Shown here one piece after another: positions 18,103 to 29,824 of a stretch of 64,000 nucleotides of DNA. The position numbers and the translations under genes were made by a program. This DNA is from a virus: IMG/VR virus record IMGVR_UViG_3300045988_159113. One strand, given 5' to 3'. The notes under the pieces are model-generated. The model ran no database searches, was not told the origin of the DNA, and saw nothing but the letters and a program-made list of their open reading frames with translations. Every line of letters begins with the position of its first letter. Position 1 is the stretch's first letter.

Positions 18103-19590
18103 TTATAAAATATGCGCACCAGCCATGATGTCATATTTATCAAGTATGCCTTGGATACGTTTAATCTTCTTGTTCATATCACAAGATAGCTGTTTACCTC
18201 CGACATATATATCGTGTTTTTCAACATTGATAAATAAAACGTTTGCATAGTGCTTGTTAAAAATTAATTTAAGATACAAATCATCGTCAAGTGCGAAATC
18301 TTTAATCATATCGTAGTCGATAGCGTCCTCTAGAATATACGGAGGGATAAATGTCCCACCGCATCCAGTAGGAAGTAAAGAGCGAGTAGCTACACCTTGC
18401 GCACCACGAAATACTGGCCACTCTCCGTATGGCTTGATACTTCCGTCAATATCCATAGAAATCAAACGGCAACGGCCAGAGATAACACATCCCGGATTTC
18501 TTTGCCACCAGGTAAACATTCGCTGTATCATCGTGTTTTCGTATTCAACATCATCGTCTACTAACAAGATACAGCGATCGTAGTATTCAGTGGCTGCATA
18601 GATCCATTTGTTATGTGGTCCCATATCATCAATAACTGGGTGGACTTCTATATCTCCAGCTTTAACAAGATCAAGCAACTCCTGAGACATGTTTTTTACA
18701 TCATCAACTGGAATATTCAGAATGAATTTTTCCGGTCTCATCGTCTGCCTTAGAATGCTTAAAATCGCCGTCATGGAGTTATTCATCCTTTCGCCATATG
18801 TTGCCATAGATACAACAACACCCGGCAGTCTCTCCTGCAGCTTCTCCTTATATTGTGGAAAATGTGCAGCGAGTATGTTATGAATCTCTGTGTATTTCTC
18901 CTTGTTGACATCTGCCAGGCAATCCTCTTGGTTTGTCTGTATGTCATACCTACATATACCGTTTTCATAAAGTGATCGGTAACGTCTACCAGATAACACA
19001 CAAAACAAAAACTGCCACGTCTCATCCGATGTAGGAGAAAGTGCCATGAATTTTTCCCTATCAAAGAATAAAGGAGAGGTGAAAGTGTGAGCTGGGTATA
19101 AAGTGCCAGCTGCACCATTTGCCGGTTTCTGGTTTATTGTTGGAACGCCTCTGAGGTATATATTGTCAAAATTTCTGATTTCTCGCAGGCTTCCGTCGCG
19201 TTCGGTTATTACTACACTCGAAGTTTGCCCGTAAATAATATCCTCTGGGTACTTCTTATGCATCTCTATAAATTCATGTAGCCATCCTGGCCTCATTGTC
19301 ATATCATCATCAACTACAAGTATGGCGTTATCTGGGTATCGTTCGAGAGTTGGGATGAGTTTCTTATGGCTTCTTATATTGCCTTTGTCCCATATTATCT
19401 CAACGCCGAAATCCTCGCGCAAATCCTTTGGCAAATCAAGTTCCAGATTCGGGAACTCATCCTCGGACAATACGAGGACGAAATGCACATCGTCTTCTTT
19501 CTGTCCGAGGATTATATTGTAAATGTCCCGAGTAGTACCTATTCGCTTTGGGTATGATGTCATACTTACGATTAGTGTATCATTATTCAT
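18103..19590 (-). CDS. Tandem-duplicated GT-A-type glycosyltransferase (495 aa)
   Basis: Intact ORF with two internal repeats. Each starts VSMTSYPKR / VSMATYGER and carries VVDDDM / LVDDDV (DXD). No TAG. Confidence 0.65.
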   Translation of the reverse strand: MNNDTLIVSMTSYPKRIGTTRDIYNIILGQKEDDVHFVLVLSEDEFPNLELDLPKDLREDFGVEIIWDKGNIRSHKKLIPTLERYPDNAILVVDDDMTMRPGWLHEFIEMHKKYPEDIIYGQTSSVVITERDGSLREIRNFDNIYLRGVPTINQKPANGAAGTLYPAHTFTSPLFFDREKFMALSPTSDETWQFLFCVLSGRRYRSLYENGICRYDIQTNQEDCLADVNKEKYTEIHNILAAHFPQYKEKLQERLPGVVVSMATYGERMNNSMTAILSILRQTMRPEKFILNIPVDDVKNMSQELLDLVKAGDIEVHPVIDDMGPHNKWIYAATEYYDRCILLVDDDVEYENTMIQRMFTWWQRNPGCVISGRCRLISMDIDGSIKPYGEWPVFRGAQGVATRSLLPTGCGGTFIPPYILEDAIDYDMIKDFALDDDLYLKLIFNKHYANVLFINVEKHDIYVGGKQLSCDMNKKIKRIQGILDKYDIMAGAHIL

Positions 19591-22253
19591 TCTTCTAAAA
19601 CAAAATAGAAAACACCAGCTCTTGGTGTCGTTGAATTAAATTGTGATTCTGTAACTGCTTTAAGCTTATCGCCCCAAGGTATGTCAGAAGTGGTAAGCTT
19701 TCTAAATGTTGCCGTTCCGGTTCCTGTCGTAGGTGCTGCAAGAACTGTATTTTGTGCTCTGTTGATATTCTTTTCATAAGCTGGAACGTTTACGAAAAGA
19801 CAACCTGATCCATCACTCTCTACACCTCTGTAATCGGAAGCTCCGCTAGTTATAGGCTAAAGAGTAGGAGGTGTTGTTCCGTGCCCATACCCAGAGATTT
19901 TTGTTGGATCTATAGATCCTGTGTAATCTTTACAAGTTCGAACCATACCAGACGTTCCACCTCCTGCAGTTGGGAGGGCACGCCACTCACCTGTACCGTT
20001 ATTTCCACCATTAAGCCATCGAGATGCGCTAAGACTATCATTTATTGTTCCTGGAACAATACCAGCAACACCTTTAGCCAATTTAGGAATATCAGCAGCA
20101 TCTCCCTTTGCGCCCTTTATATTGCAAACAAGTACCCAGTTAAAAGATGACTGCTCTGCATTTGCAGCTTTAAATACATCACATGTATGAGTGTTGAGAT
20201 ACATGTCGCCAACCTTTGCATTTGTAACTGCATGCACTCCAGCATTTGGAACAGCAGTCCCAGAGTGCCATGTGATAGTTGCTCCAGTGTCTCCCTTCTG
20301 ACCTTTCAGATTATTGAACGTAAAGGTTGTAGTTGCGTCACTTGTTGTTGCCGAAACTGTAGGAGTCCCGACGCTATTAATATTACCGCCTGCAGCTGCT
20401 TTAATAGTTGGAGTTGTTCCATTCGCTCCCTTGATATTACAAACACCGGCCCACTTATTGGTTCCTGTTGATTTATACACGTTGTAGGTTTTCGTGTTCA
20501 GGTACATATCACCTGTTTTTGCACCAGAAACAGTTGCTGCCGTACCAGTCACGGCTGTGCCGGTATGCCATGTTACAGTAGCGCCAGTGTCTCCTTTCTA
20601 TCCCTTTAAATTATTAAACGTGAAAGTTGTGGTCGTCCCGCTTGTGTTTGCTGTAACACTTGGAGTTCCGACAGCTCCGATATTACCACCAGCTGCTGCC
20701 TTTATGGTCGGGGTTGTTCCATTGTTTCCTGGCGTTCCTTGTGGCCCCTTGATATTGCAAAGATAAACCCACTAGTTAGGAGCGGTTGCCTTATATACAT
20801 TACTTGTTCCAGTGTTGAGGTACATATCCCCAGCCTTAGAACCAGAAACGGTAAATGTTTTAGCAGTGGTAGAGGTGCCGGTAACAGCACCGCCAGAGAA
20901 CCATGTAGCAGCAGCTCCAGTTGAACCTTTCGATCCATTCTTTACTGTTATCGTTGAGCCGTCTGTGAAAGTGTAGACATTACTACCGCCATCTGCTGTT
21001 GAAGTTGTGGTTTGCTTTCCGCCTTTTTGAAGATAGTTTGAAAGGTCAACGGTTCCGCTGAGATTGTCCCATTTACTACCATCCCACACAACGTTGTCGC
21101 CAGCTTTGATATTATTAGTTTTGTCTGCCTTTGTTATGTTCCAGACATCACCAATATTATTCCCTGAAGTTGGAAGTTCGGAATAATTGGTTTTTGTGCC
21201 TTTGTATTTATAAATTGTGGAGATGTCGGACTTCTTGGCGTAGTTTTTGAGGTAATCAAGTACTGCGTTTGTTGTTGGTATGCCATAAAAGTTATCAGTA
21301 TCGTACCCTCCTATTCTATCAACGTGCCCGAATTCCAAATATCTATTATTTTGTACATCATACTAACCTCCCATCATTAACGACGTATTTGTTCCGTCAT
21401 CAAAAATACAATTTGATATTTCAATAATCGAATTTGGGTCTAATTGATAAAATCCAAGCTCAGGTACATTGCCAACCATATTTATATTTGAGCATGAATC
21501 AATATGAGTACAAATTACACCAGATAGAAATATAGTATTTGAAGTTTTAATATTAATTGCTATATTCTAAATAATAATATACGCACTATTTACAATAGAT
21601 GACACACCAAAATCGTTAACGCTTGTTAACTATCCTTTTATACGTATACAAGAAGAATTGGAAATCCATGCAACCGTTCCATTATTAAGAGAAAGCGTTG
21701 GCATAGTAATGAAAATACTTTCATCTAATGCATGGCTATAATATAAGTTATCTGCCACAAACATTATACACGAAATACTTATTTTTGCAGAATCAGATAA
21801 CTAACAATCGTATATATATAAAACAGCATCTTCACTGCTAATTATTCCTTCTCCTCCAATCGTTCCATTCTTAATCGTCAATGTACCTGTCAACTATGTC
21901 GTCCCGCTCAACGTCAGCGTGTACCCATTCAAATCCAAAACACCTGTAGTAATAGGCAAAGCTGTCAAATCGCTTGATGCTATAAAGTCAGCCTTTGCTT
22001 TTGGATTCTTTCCTTTAAGCGCAGCATTGATTACTTTATTCTATACAGCATTTACTGATGTGTCATTAAGCACAGAGTCAATAGTCATGCCTGTCGGTAT
22101 CTCTCTGGAACAAGCCTTGACCTATCCGCTACTATCTACATATACAGGTTTCGTAGGCGAACCGATCTGAGCACTTACCGCCAACTTATCCGACACCCTA
22201 GCATGTAATGTATACTGGTTATTTCCAGTTTGTATTTTTCTAATATCAGACAT
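19587..22253 (-). CDS. Large tail fibre / receptor-binding protein with three ~100-aa tandem repeats (888 aa)
   Basis: ATG at 22253. ORFs 20772-21338 and 19857-20552 are in frame, with 10 TAGs. The repeat unit is TW(H/F)xGxAV...GDMYLNT...VCNIKG...TIKAAAGGNI...TFTFNNLKG-Q-KGDTGA. The TGA overlaps the next ATG (ATGA). Confidence 0.8.
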
Positions 22254-22317
22254 ATTTTTTATTTAAAATAAAAAGAGGAGGTATTACGCCGCCTCTCGTA
22301 TGTTAATCTAATGTGAA

Positions 22318-23508
22318 TTACTGAACAGTAACAGTGTGGTTGTGATTTCCAGCATCGGTAGTCTGAATTGTGCTGGGTGTGCCAGCGCCCAACTTGGGAG
22401 TACCAGATACGGAAACCGTACCCTCGGTGCCAGTGAATACAGCCTTGAGGCCAGTGGTAGCAGTGAATGTAGGAACACTTGCAGTTGCGCCAGAACGAAG
22501 AGCTGTTGCAACAGTTGCGCCAGTGCCATCTGCGGCAACCTGACCAGTTGCGTATGTAAAGTCTGCTGCACCCTGAGCAAATACTGCTGTACCAACCTCT
22601 ACACTTCCAGCAGTAAATTCTGCGCCAGTCAGAGCATCAGCAGTAGTCAGGCTATGAGTTACACCAGTAACAAACTTATTAGCACACGATGCGCCAGTCA
22701 AGAATGTTTTAGTAGGTGCAGATGTATTAATCGAAGACTTACCCATAGCAAGCACTAAACATTCACCATCAGCCTGATATGTTGCACTTTTCACAACATC
22801 TTCAGCCATAGAAGCTGATACACTCGTAACTGCAGCACTAGTAGTCTTGTCGATAGTAATACCGTCAGTAGGAGCGGAAACAGTTCCGCCTGTTACGAAT
22901 TTACCTTTGGTTACCGTATGTGTTGGTGCTGTATATTCAACACTTGTTATAGCCTTTCCTGTACCAGTTACACCCTTTGCTGTTGCAGTCTTCAACTTTG
23001 AAGTAGAACCACCAGAAAGCGTGATAGTAGGAGCACTTACAGTTCCTGAAGTCTTAACTCCATCAGCAGCAGCTGTAAGAGTAACAGTGCCAGCGGGTGT
23101 ATACTTACCAGAGAAAGTTGAAGCTGCGCCAGTATAAGTTGGAACAGTTACGCTATGCTTATGTGTACCATTGCTTGAAGTTGTACCAGCTGCGCTGTTC
23201 TTACTTGCCAACTTGCCGTATGCATTAAGAGCATCGAGCAGGCACCACTGCTTGGTTGATGTCTCGCCTGACTTCTTCTCAATCCACACATACTCGGCCT
23301 TGTCATGTACAACCAAATCACCAACACGAATGTCAGCAGCTGTTGCCTTAGCACCGTAGATGTCGGTTGGTACCTGTGTGCCCTCATTTGTAATGGCTAC
23401 AGTTGTTATACCTTTAAATTTAAGAGTGTTAACAATCGCGTCACGAGCGACTGAGTCCTTGATGTTATAGACGGTTCCACCAAGGTTAATTTTACTAATA
23501 TCTGCCAT
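22318..23508 (-). CDS. Fibre protein, Thr/Ala/Gly-rich (396 aa), TAG-free
   Basis: Intact ORF starting MADISKINLGGTVYNIKDSVARDAIVN... and ending ...HNHTVTVQ, with a TAA stop. Confidence 0.8.
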   Translation of the reverse strand: MADISKINLGGTVYNIKDSVARDAIVNTLKFKGITTVAITNEGTQVPTDIYGAKATAADIRVGDLVVHDKAEYVWIEKKSGETSTKQWCLLDALNAYGKLASKNSAAGTTSSNGTHKHSVTVPTYTGAASTFSGKYTPAGTVTLTAAADGVKTSGTVSAPTITLSGGSTSKLKTATAKGVTGTGKAITSVEYTAPTHTVTKGKFVTGGTVSAPTDGITIDKTTSAAVTSVSASMAEDVVKSATYQADGECLVLAMGKSSINTSAPTKTFLTGASCANKFVTGVTHSLTTADALTGAEFTAGSVEVGTAVFAQGAADFTYATGQVAADGTGATVATALRSGATASVPTFTATTGLKAVFTGTEGTVSVSGTPKLGAGTPSTIQTTDAGNHNHTVTVQ

Positions 23509-23526
23509 AGTAAATTTTAATTTTTA

Positions 23527-23947
23527 TTATTTTGAATCAGAAATGATTGTGAATACGTTATCATCCAGTAGTGTTTGTAATCTTCTATATTTTCCTTTAA
23601 ATAAAATATAGATATCTCCATTGTCCATAATCTCAAACAGATTTTTCCTGTCTGTATCAGAATAACTGCTTACCAAGCATGCACCACTGCTTGGTTGATG
23701 TCTCGCCTGACTTCTTTTCAATCCATATATACTCAGCTTTGCCATATACAACCAAATCGCCAACACGAATATCAGCAGTTGTTGCTTTATCACCGTAGAT
23801 ATCAGTGGGTACCTATGTGCCCTAATCTTTAAGGGCTACAGTTGTTACACCTATAAATTTAAGAGTGTTAACAATCGCGTCACGAGCGACTGGGTCCTTG
23901 ATGTTATAGACGGTTCCATCAAGGTTAATTTTACTAATATCTGCCAT
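23527..23947 (-). pseudogene. Mosaic fibre gene remnant: the 5' part copies 22318-23508 and the 3' part copies 23954-24652, joined out of frame
   Basis: ATG at 23947 gives MADISKINLDGTVYNIKDPVARDAIVNTLKF...KQWCMLGKQLF, then TGA (about 23657). In another frame, 23527-23660 encodes SDTDRKNLFEIMDNGDIYILFKGKYRRLQTLLDD..IISDSK, which matches the C-terminus of the upstream gene. Confidence 0.6.
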
Positions 23948-23953
23948 ATCAAA

Positions 23954-24652
23954 TTATTTTGAATCAGAAATAATTGTGAATACATTATCATCACTTACTG
24001 TGAATGTATCATCCAGTAGTGTTTGTAATCTTCTATATTTTCCTTTAAACCAAATATATATATCTCCGTTGTCCATAACCTCAAACAGATTTTTTCTGTC
24101 GGTATCAGAAGTGCCACCTCCTATTGAGTACACGGTATGTGCTGTGCCTATTGTGCCATCAGCGTGGTCATCTGTGAACTTATCGGCGTTGTTATGCGAT
24201 ACGTTAAACTTTCCGCTTGCATGTTCTGCGTCATGCAGTGTTTGTGTTCCGATACCTTCTGCGAAAGACGAGGCGCCTTTTGCAGAGTTGCCAGAGTTAG
24301 CTTTTAAACTTGCAACACCTGTCCCTTTTTCAATAGGAAGATCACAAGATATTTTGACGCCTTTTTCATCAGCCGACAAAGCCACGCCATTACCAGAGAT
24401 GAAATTTAAATTCGCAGCACCAGATACTGAGACGTACGGGACCTTGCCATCAACGGAATATGACGAGATTCTAGGAACGCCTCCTATCATGCTTATGCCA
24501 TGCGTGAGAATATCACGCTGTGATGCGTCGGGATCTGTTATGAATACTATGGACTAATCGGAAATAGCATTTCCTGCGCCAGCTTTAAAAGTGTTATATG
24601 CGGCTCTTGTGTGGAAATTTATAAACCGACTTGTCAAAGTTGTGTTTCCCAT
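23954..24652 (-). CDS. Fibre/adhesin-like protein (232 aa)
   Basis: The ATG at 24652 (MGNTTLTSRF) is in frame with ORF 23954-24490 through 1 TAG. It contains YadA-head-like SAKGASSFAEGIGTQT motifs. Confidence 0.7.
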
Positions 24653-24678
24653 AGTATTGAGTGGTTAAATTATGCCTG

Positions 24679-26481
24679 TTATACTTCGGTCCACTGGAGA
24701 GTATCCGTGAGAGTCTTGAGCTGAGCAGCAACAGATACACCTGTTGTGTACTCAATCTTTGTAGCGTCAAGTGTTACGGTTGCAATCTAGAGATCTTTTT
24801 CAGCACCTTCTGTTCCAAGTGCCTTTGTGCAAGATACACCGTTAACTTTAACGATGTCGATTTTGCTACTAAGATTTGTTGCAATTTCATAAACACCATC
24901 ATGCAACTCATTCAAGCCTTTGACAACCTGCTCGTTCGTGTTATTTACAGCAGATGCCAAAGTTGCACTGTCAACATACTTGTCAGCTTCACCAACAAGC
25001 GGGTTGTTATATACTGCATACTTGCCCTGACTTGTTAGATGTGAGTCAACGCTCAAAGTAGGCACATTAGTAACTGCAAGCTTGTCGACTGCAATATTAT
25101 TATTTTCTATTGAAATACCAGCACCAGCTGTAAGCTTAGCATTCTCAAGTGCTGTAATCTTACCCTCGAGGTCGGCCTTAGTAGTATTAATAGTGCCGTT
25201 GATCTCTTCGGCCTTTGCATTAATTGCCTCATTGGTTGCTTCCTTTGTGAGGTAATCGTCAGCTGCTGCTTCGGCCATTGAGCCATGGGGAACAGTTACC
25301 GGGGTGCCTTTAACATTCAAGGTAAGCATTCCGGTGCCAGCTGTGACATCTCCAGCCTGAAGTGCAGAGGTTGCAGCTGTTACAGCAGTTGCGAGTTCAG
25401 GAGTAGATGTAACAGTGATAGTAGCAACACCAGCATCATTTGTTACAGCGCTAGCTGTCACGTATCCAGTACCTGAAGCTGTGACACTCTTAACACCATG
25501 AGCTGCTACGTCTGCCTTAATAGTTTCGATTTCCTCTTTTGCAGCATCGAGTTCAGATTTAGGAGCTGCAGCGTCGGCCTTATCCAAACTTCCCTGAACA
25601 GCAGTTGCGAGGTCTGCCTTGGCGATAGAACCGGGCTTGATAGTTGCTGATATCTCATTTGTACCGCTGATTGCAAGCTGAACCTGTGCAGCGTTAGCCT
25701 GTGCTGTGTAAACATCAACGAGATCCTTGACGGCTATATAAATTGGTGATTCGTCCTGGTTTGCAATTGTGAGCTTGATATACTTATCACCTTTAACGAG
25801 GCCGGTTTCAGTTGTTGCTGTGATAACCTAACCAGACTTTACCACAAGATCCTTGGGTATATCAATGTCAACAGGTGTACCATCGGGACCAGTGAAAGTG
25901 TAAGATTTCAGATAACCAGCGTTTGCGGTTTCCTTGGCAGCTACGCCGATATTGTTAACCTTTGTCTCTAAGTCACTAAGACCGGGAACTTCTGCAGAAG
26001 TCAACACTTTGCCCTCTGTTACGAGACCCTTGGCGTCATACTTTACAACACTAAAATCAGTAGCAGCTGTGATAGCTGTATTTGCAACAACTGCCTTGTC
26101 TGCGGTTGCTTTAACGGCTGCAATAGCTGCTTTGTTTTCGGTGTTTGCAGTCTCAAGTTTTGTAACCTTATCGGCCAGATTACCAACCTCGGCCTGAGTG
26201 TCACCACCCTAGACTTTCCAGTTCTCGGCGGGAATCTTACCTTCTACAAGTGAATCAGCAAAACCAGCATCACCAGCAGGGCCAATATAAGTATAAAGGG
26301 TACCGCCAGAAGTTGCAACAGTCAAGCCAGTATAAAGTGTACATTTATCAGCACCGCCCCAAGTCGCGGGATCGTAGATGTCTGTAGCCTGATCAACAAC
26401 CAAACGGTCATCAAGAGGACGCGCGGTTGTAAATTTAAAAGAAACGCCAAATTCGGCCTTACTTGCATATAATTTTGCCAT
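24679..26481 (-). CDS. Ala/Thr-rich fibrous protein (600 aa)
   Basis: ORFs 26209-26481 and 24787-25587 are in frame. 3 TAGs. Total length 1803 nt. TAA at 24679. Confidence 0.75.
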
Positions 26482-26497
26482 ATTATGTCCTCCTTAA

Positions 26498-27565
26498 TTA
26501 CTTATTATAAATTACACGGAATAAGCTATCTGCAGTTGGGGTTGCATTTATCTTGAACTGCTTGTATGCTATTTTGGTTGTACCATCTCCAATTGCAAGC
26601 TATACCTCACTCTCTGTTGCAGCTTCTGCAAACCACTAACCCAAACCGTACTTTTCAATTGTCACACTACCAAACACGGCGGGTACTGCGATGAGAGCAA
26701 CGCCAGCCTTCAATGTCAGCTCGCGAGTCTGCGCATCTACTATAGGTTGCTTTGTCAGCTTACCAGCTTCAGCTGTACTTGCATAGATTGAATACACAAA
26801 CTTGATATTCTTGGACTGCGTCTTTGTGATAGGCTTAATATGAAAAGTGTCATCAACCTGAGAGTGAGGTGTAGCATTAACTAAAAGAGTCGTAGAGCTA
26901 CCAGTTACTGCCTTATTCGTTGCTGTTCCCTTATTAGTCTTCACTGTGTCAGTACTTCCAGCATATGCACGCGTAGCGGTAACAGTCACAGTTGTGGGCT
27001 CGAGAATCTGACCGCCCCAGCTATTGCTACCATTGAGCGAGAACGTATTAGTTGCCTCTCCGCCAGTTGTGGTATATTTGCCGCTTACAGTCTTTGCAGG
27101 GCTACCAGTAGCAGCAGAAGCTGCGGGCTATGCAGGGCAAGTCTTACCAACCTCAACAAGGGATTCAAAAGTAGAGTTGAAGCTGATAGTTGCATCTGTA
27201 AAATTGGGTGCATACTCAGGATAGAGCAGCATATCCAAAACTTCGTTGATGCTCTTGCCATTCAAAGATTCGGCAGTAGTGCCGGCTGCGATGCCACCAA
27301 TAGCAGCGGTTGAAGCTGTAGTGTCTGCGGGTGCATACTTGCCAGTTCCGAGCTCTATTTCCTTTTTCTAAATAGCACCATTTGTGTCAACATAGGAAGC
27401 CATAAGCTTTCCATCATTAAACTCCACATCAGTGATGCCGCTATAGCTCTTGCCATTCATCAACAGACATCCTGCATCCGATGCAAAATAGATGCCATCA
27501 GCGTGAGTAATCTGATTGTATGCTTCCAGATTACCACGATAAAATTTGACTGATTTATTAGCCAT
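26498..27565 (-). CDS. Structural protein (355 aa)
   Basis: ORFs 27368-27565 and 26636-26989 are in frame. 4 TAGs. Length 1068 nt. The N-terminus MANKSVKFYRGN resembles that of 29825-30649. Confidence 0.7.
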
Positions 27566-27580
27566 ATAGGTTTATTTTTT

Positions 27581-27868
27581 TTAAAGTGTTACTTCATTCC
27601 AAATCTAATCCCCAGGTGTTGTTTCCTTGAGGACCTTGATATCTGCTTTATTTTCTTTGACGGTCTTGACAAGCTTGCCCATGTTGACAACCTCCTTATT
27701 CCCGTCTATGGTCACGATCACATCGTTTAGCTCGCCCGAGATCTGACCACTACCATTTCCTTTTTGAATCTTCAGCTTGTTGACTTCACGCTGGAGATCA
27801 GAAACGATAGGATTCCTGTCATATCTCTCGATGCCTAGATTGATTGATCCAATATTTACTTTTTCCAT
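27581..27868 (-). CDS. Small late protein (95 aa)
   Basis: Track ORF 27605-27868 ends in TAG, and a TAA follows 7 codons later. Confidence 0.65.
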
Positions 27869-27934
27869 ATCTACTCGATTTTGTATGTGAAATTTTCCAG
27901 GTCAATCTTTTCCTTTATGCTCACATGCTTAACA

Positions 27935-28180
27935 TCACAGGTAGCCATAAGAGAAAGGCTTTGAAGATGACAGCATGACGTGCATGCCTGGATACAGGTT
28001 TAACTCAGTCAAAACATCGCCAGCCTTGATATTGTCAGCCTTTACCCAGTCTGCATCCTCGTCTACTCGTACGAAAACAGAAATGGTAGAGGTGGCATCA
28101 GTCTGCAAGATGTTCGTGCCTGTGCTCTTGAAAGTAGGCGAATCGTATACGCCACTTGCATTTTTCTCTACGTTAGTCAT
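27935..28180 (-). CDS. Small late protein (81 aa)
   Basis: Intact track ORF with a TGA stop. Confidence 0.6.
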   Translation of the reverse strand: MTNVEKNASGVYDSPTFKSTGTNILQTDATSTISVFVRVDEDADWVKADNIKAGDVLTELNLYPGMHVMLSSSKPFSYGYL

Positions 28181-28306
28181 ATTTTATATGTTTATTTTGG
28201 TGAATTTATGCTATACTTATTTTGTAGGTACGAGTTGATCACCAAGTACTAAATCGCGAATCTATAAACAAAACCGCATGAGCTAATCTTTAACGTGTTA
28301 AAGATA

Positions 28307-28609
28307 TTATCCTATGCAGGAGTTTTGTTTGTTTTTATAATTATCCAAATCTCCCTTGTACCACACGAGTTCTTTAAATCCTAACCTCTTCTATCCTTTC
28401 GGAATCAATCCATCCCTTACCAACTTATCAAACGAGCTCCTGCTTATCTCTAGGTACATGTAAGCCTAGGCCTTACTATATGGCTAGTGTGAAATAGCTG
28501 ATAGTAGGTCGTCGGCTTGTTGCGCGGTCATTTCACATGATCCGTTGTCGATTCTGTCGGCTATTTTCCGCAACTCGCGTGAGATAAGTTTTCGTAGAGT
28601 TTCTACCAT
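28307..28609 (-). CDS. Excisionase/MerR-like helix-turn-helix DNA-binding protein (100 aa)
   Basis: Read by eye: MVETLRKLISRELRK...AYMYLEISRSSFDKLVRDGLIPKG-Q-KRLGFKELVWYKGDL. 3 in-frame TAGs, TAA stop, length 303 nt. Confidence 0.55.
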
Positions 28610-28956
28610 GGGTCTTTAATTATTATGTTTGACAATAAAGCCAAACCCGAAACAGGTAAAATTATACGCACCAATGTCAACATAACACCAAGACCAAACA
28701 TTCTGTTGTACATTATGAAGCACTGGATAATAAAAGAATGAAAAATCAACCATCTGAAGTTGTTACAAAATCCCAATAGATAGGTTGATAAGATTAAGAC
28801 AATAAAAGCGCACAAGCTCTAGCCAAAGATAAACTCAAACACACAAAGATGTAAACCGCACAGCGCAGCTATACAGTGAATAGACATAAAAAGATCGACG
28901 GATACGACGAAGATTTTAATAAGTTCTCTTATACTTTTTAAGCTTAAAGCTTTCAT
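28603..28956 (-). CDS. Multi-pass membrane protein (holin-like by shape only)
   Basis: The ATG at 28956 is in frame with ORF 28603-28815 through 1 TAG. If the TAG at 28603 is also read as sense, the ORF runs to a TGA near 28540 and overlaps the next gene. Confidence 0.5.
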
Positions 28957-28994
28957 TTTTCCTCGCGTTTTTACAATAATAATATTTAACAATG

Positions 28995-29024
28995 AAAAAA
29001 GCCAGAGATTACCCTGGCTTTTTT
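28995..29024. terminator. Bidirectional-looking terminator
   Basis: AAAAAAGCCAGAG-attac-CCTGGCTTTTTT. Confidence 0.5.
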
Positions 29025-29030
29025 ATTAAA

Positions 29031-29822
29031 TTATTCCTCCCACAATGTGAGACTCTGAGATTCACCAAGAGCATCCCACATTTCAGCCTCAGAATCTATT
29101 TTGTAATATCTAACCGTTTCGGTTGTTTCTACGTAGTTGTTGTCATTCAATATGTGATCCAAAACAACATAAGTCTTTTTGCCGCTTTGGTCACTAAAGT
29201 AAGCATACAGCAGATAATGGCCAGTGCTGTCAGTTGTTGCAGCAAAAGTACACTGCCTATTTGTCGGCGTAAGGCCAACATACAATATTTTCTACTGCGG
29301 CGTTTCATTACATGTTTTTGCAAATTCAAAAATATCATATCCGTCAGTTCTATTATGTCCAGAGTCGATTATATACTGAGCAGGACCGACGAATGCATAG
29401 TTCATACCTGTAGTTTTCAAATTATAAACATCACCGACACGGCTTCCCTTACTCTTACCGGATAATTCTGTAAGAGAATTAACCGAACCCTTATAACGGT
29501 AAACATTCACAATTCCAGACTCGAGGCTAGAAATCTTACCACTGAGAGTGTTAACAGTCTAGTTTAATTTTGTAATGTTTGAATTAGAAGCACCTATTGT
29601 ACTTGCCAGCGTCTCATTAATCTCACGCTGTGTAAACTGCGCACCAGTTGCTGAGGTATTGCTTCCACTATGTGTATTATCGTATAACTGGCAGATCTTA
29701 TCGTTTTGGGCCGCTGTGTGCCACTGATCCTCTGCATAGATTACGGGGTACTCGTTAGGGTTAGCGCTGGTGAATGTTATAGCAAAAGCCGACGCTGCCG
29801 ACTGTGTAGTATTATTTTTCAT
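29031..29822 (-). CDS. Fibre/receptor-binding-like protein (263 aa)
   Basis: ORFs 29559-29822, 29292-29510 and 29031-29285 are in frame. 2 TAGs. The motif VYRYKGSVNSLTEL...GDVYNL is shared with other fibre genes in this window. Confidence 0.7.
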
Positions 29823-29824
29823 AA

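Noticed and set aside
28307-28609. The excisionase-like HTH gene could be evidence for a temperate lifestyle or integration module
   Set aside because: No integrase, repressor or att-like repeat is visible in the 64 kb. The gene sits among late structural genes and is itself TAG-recoded. A small DNA-binding regulator is more likely.
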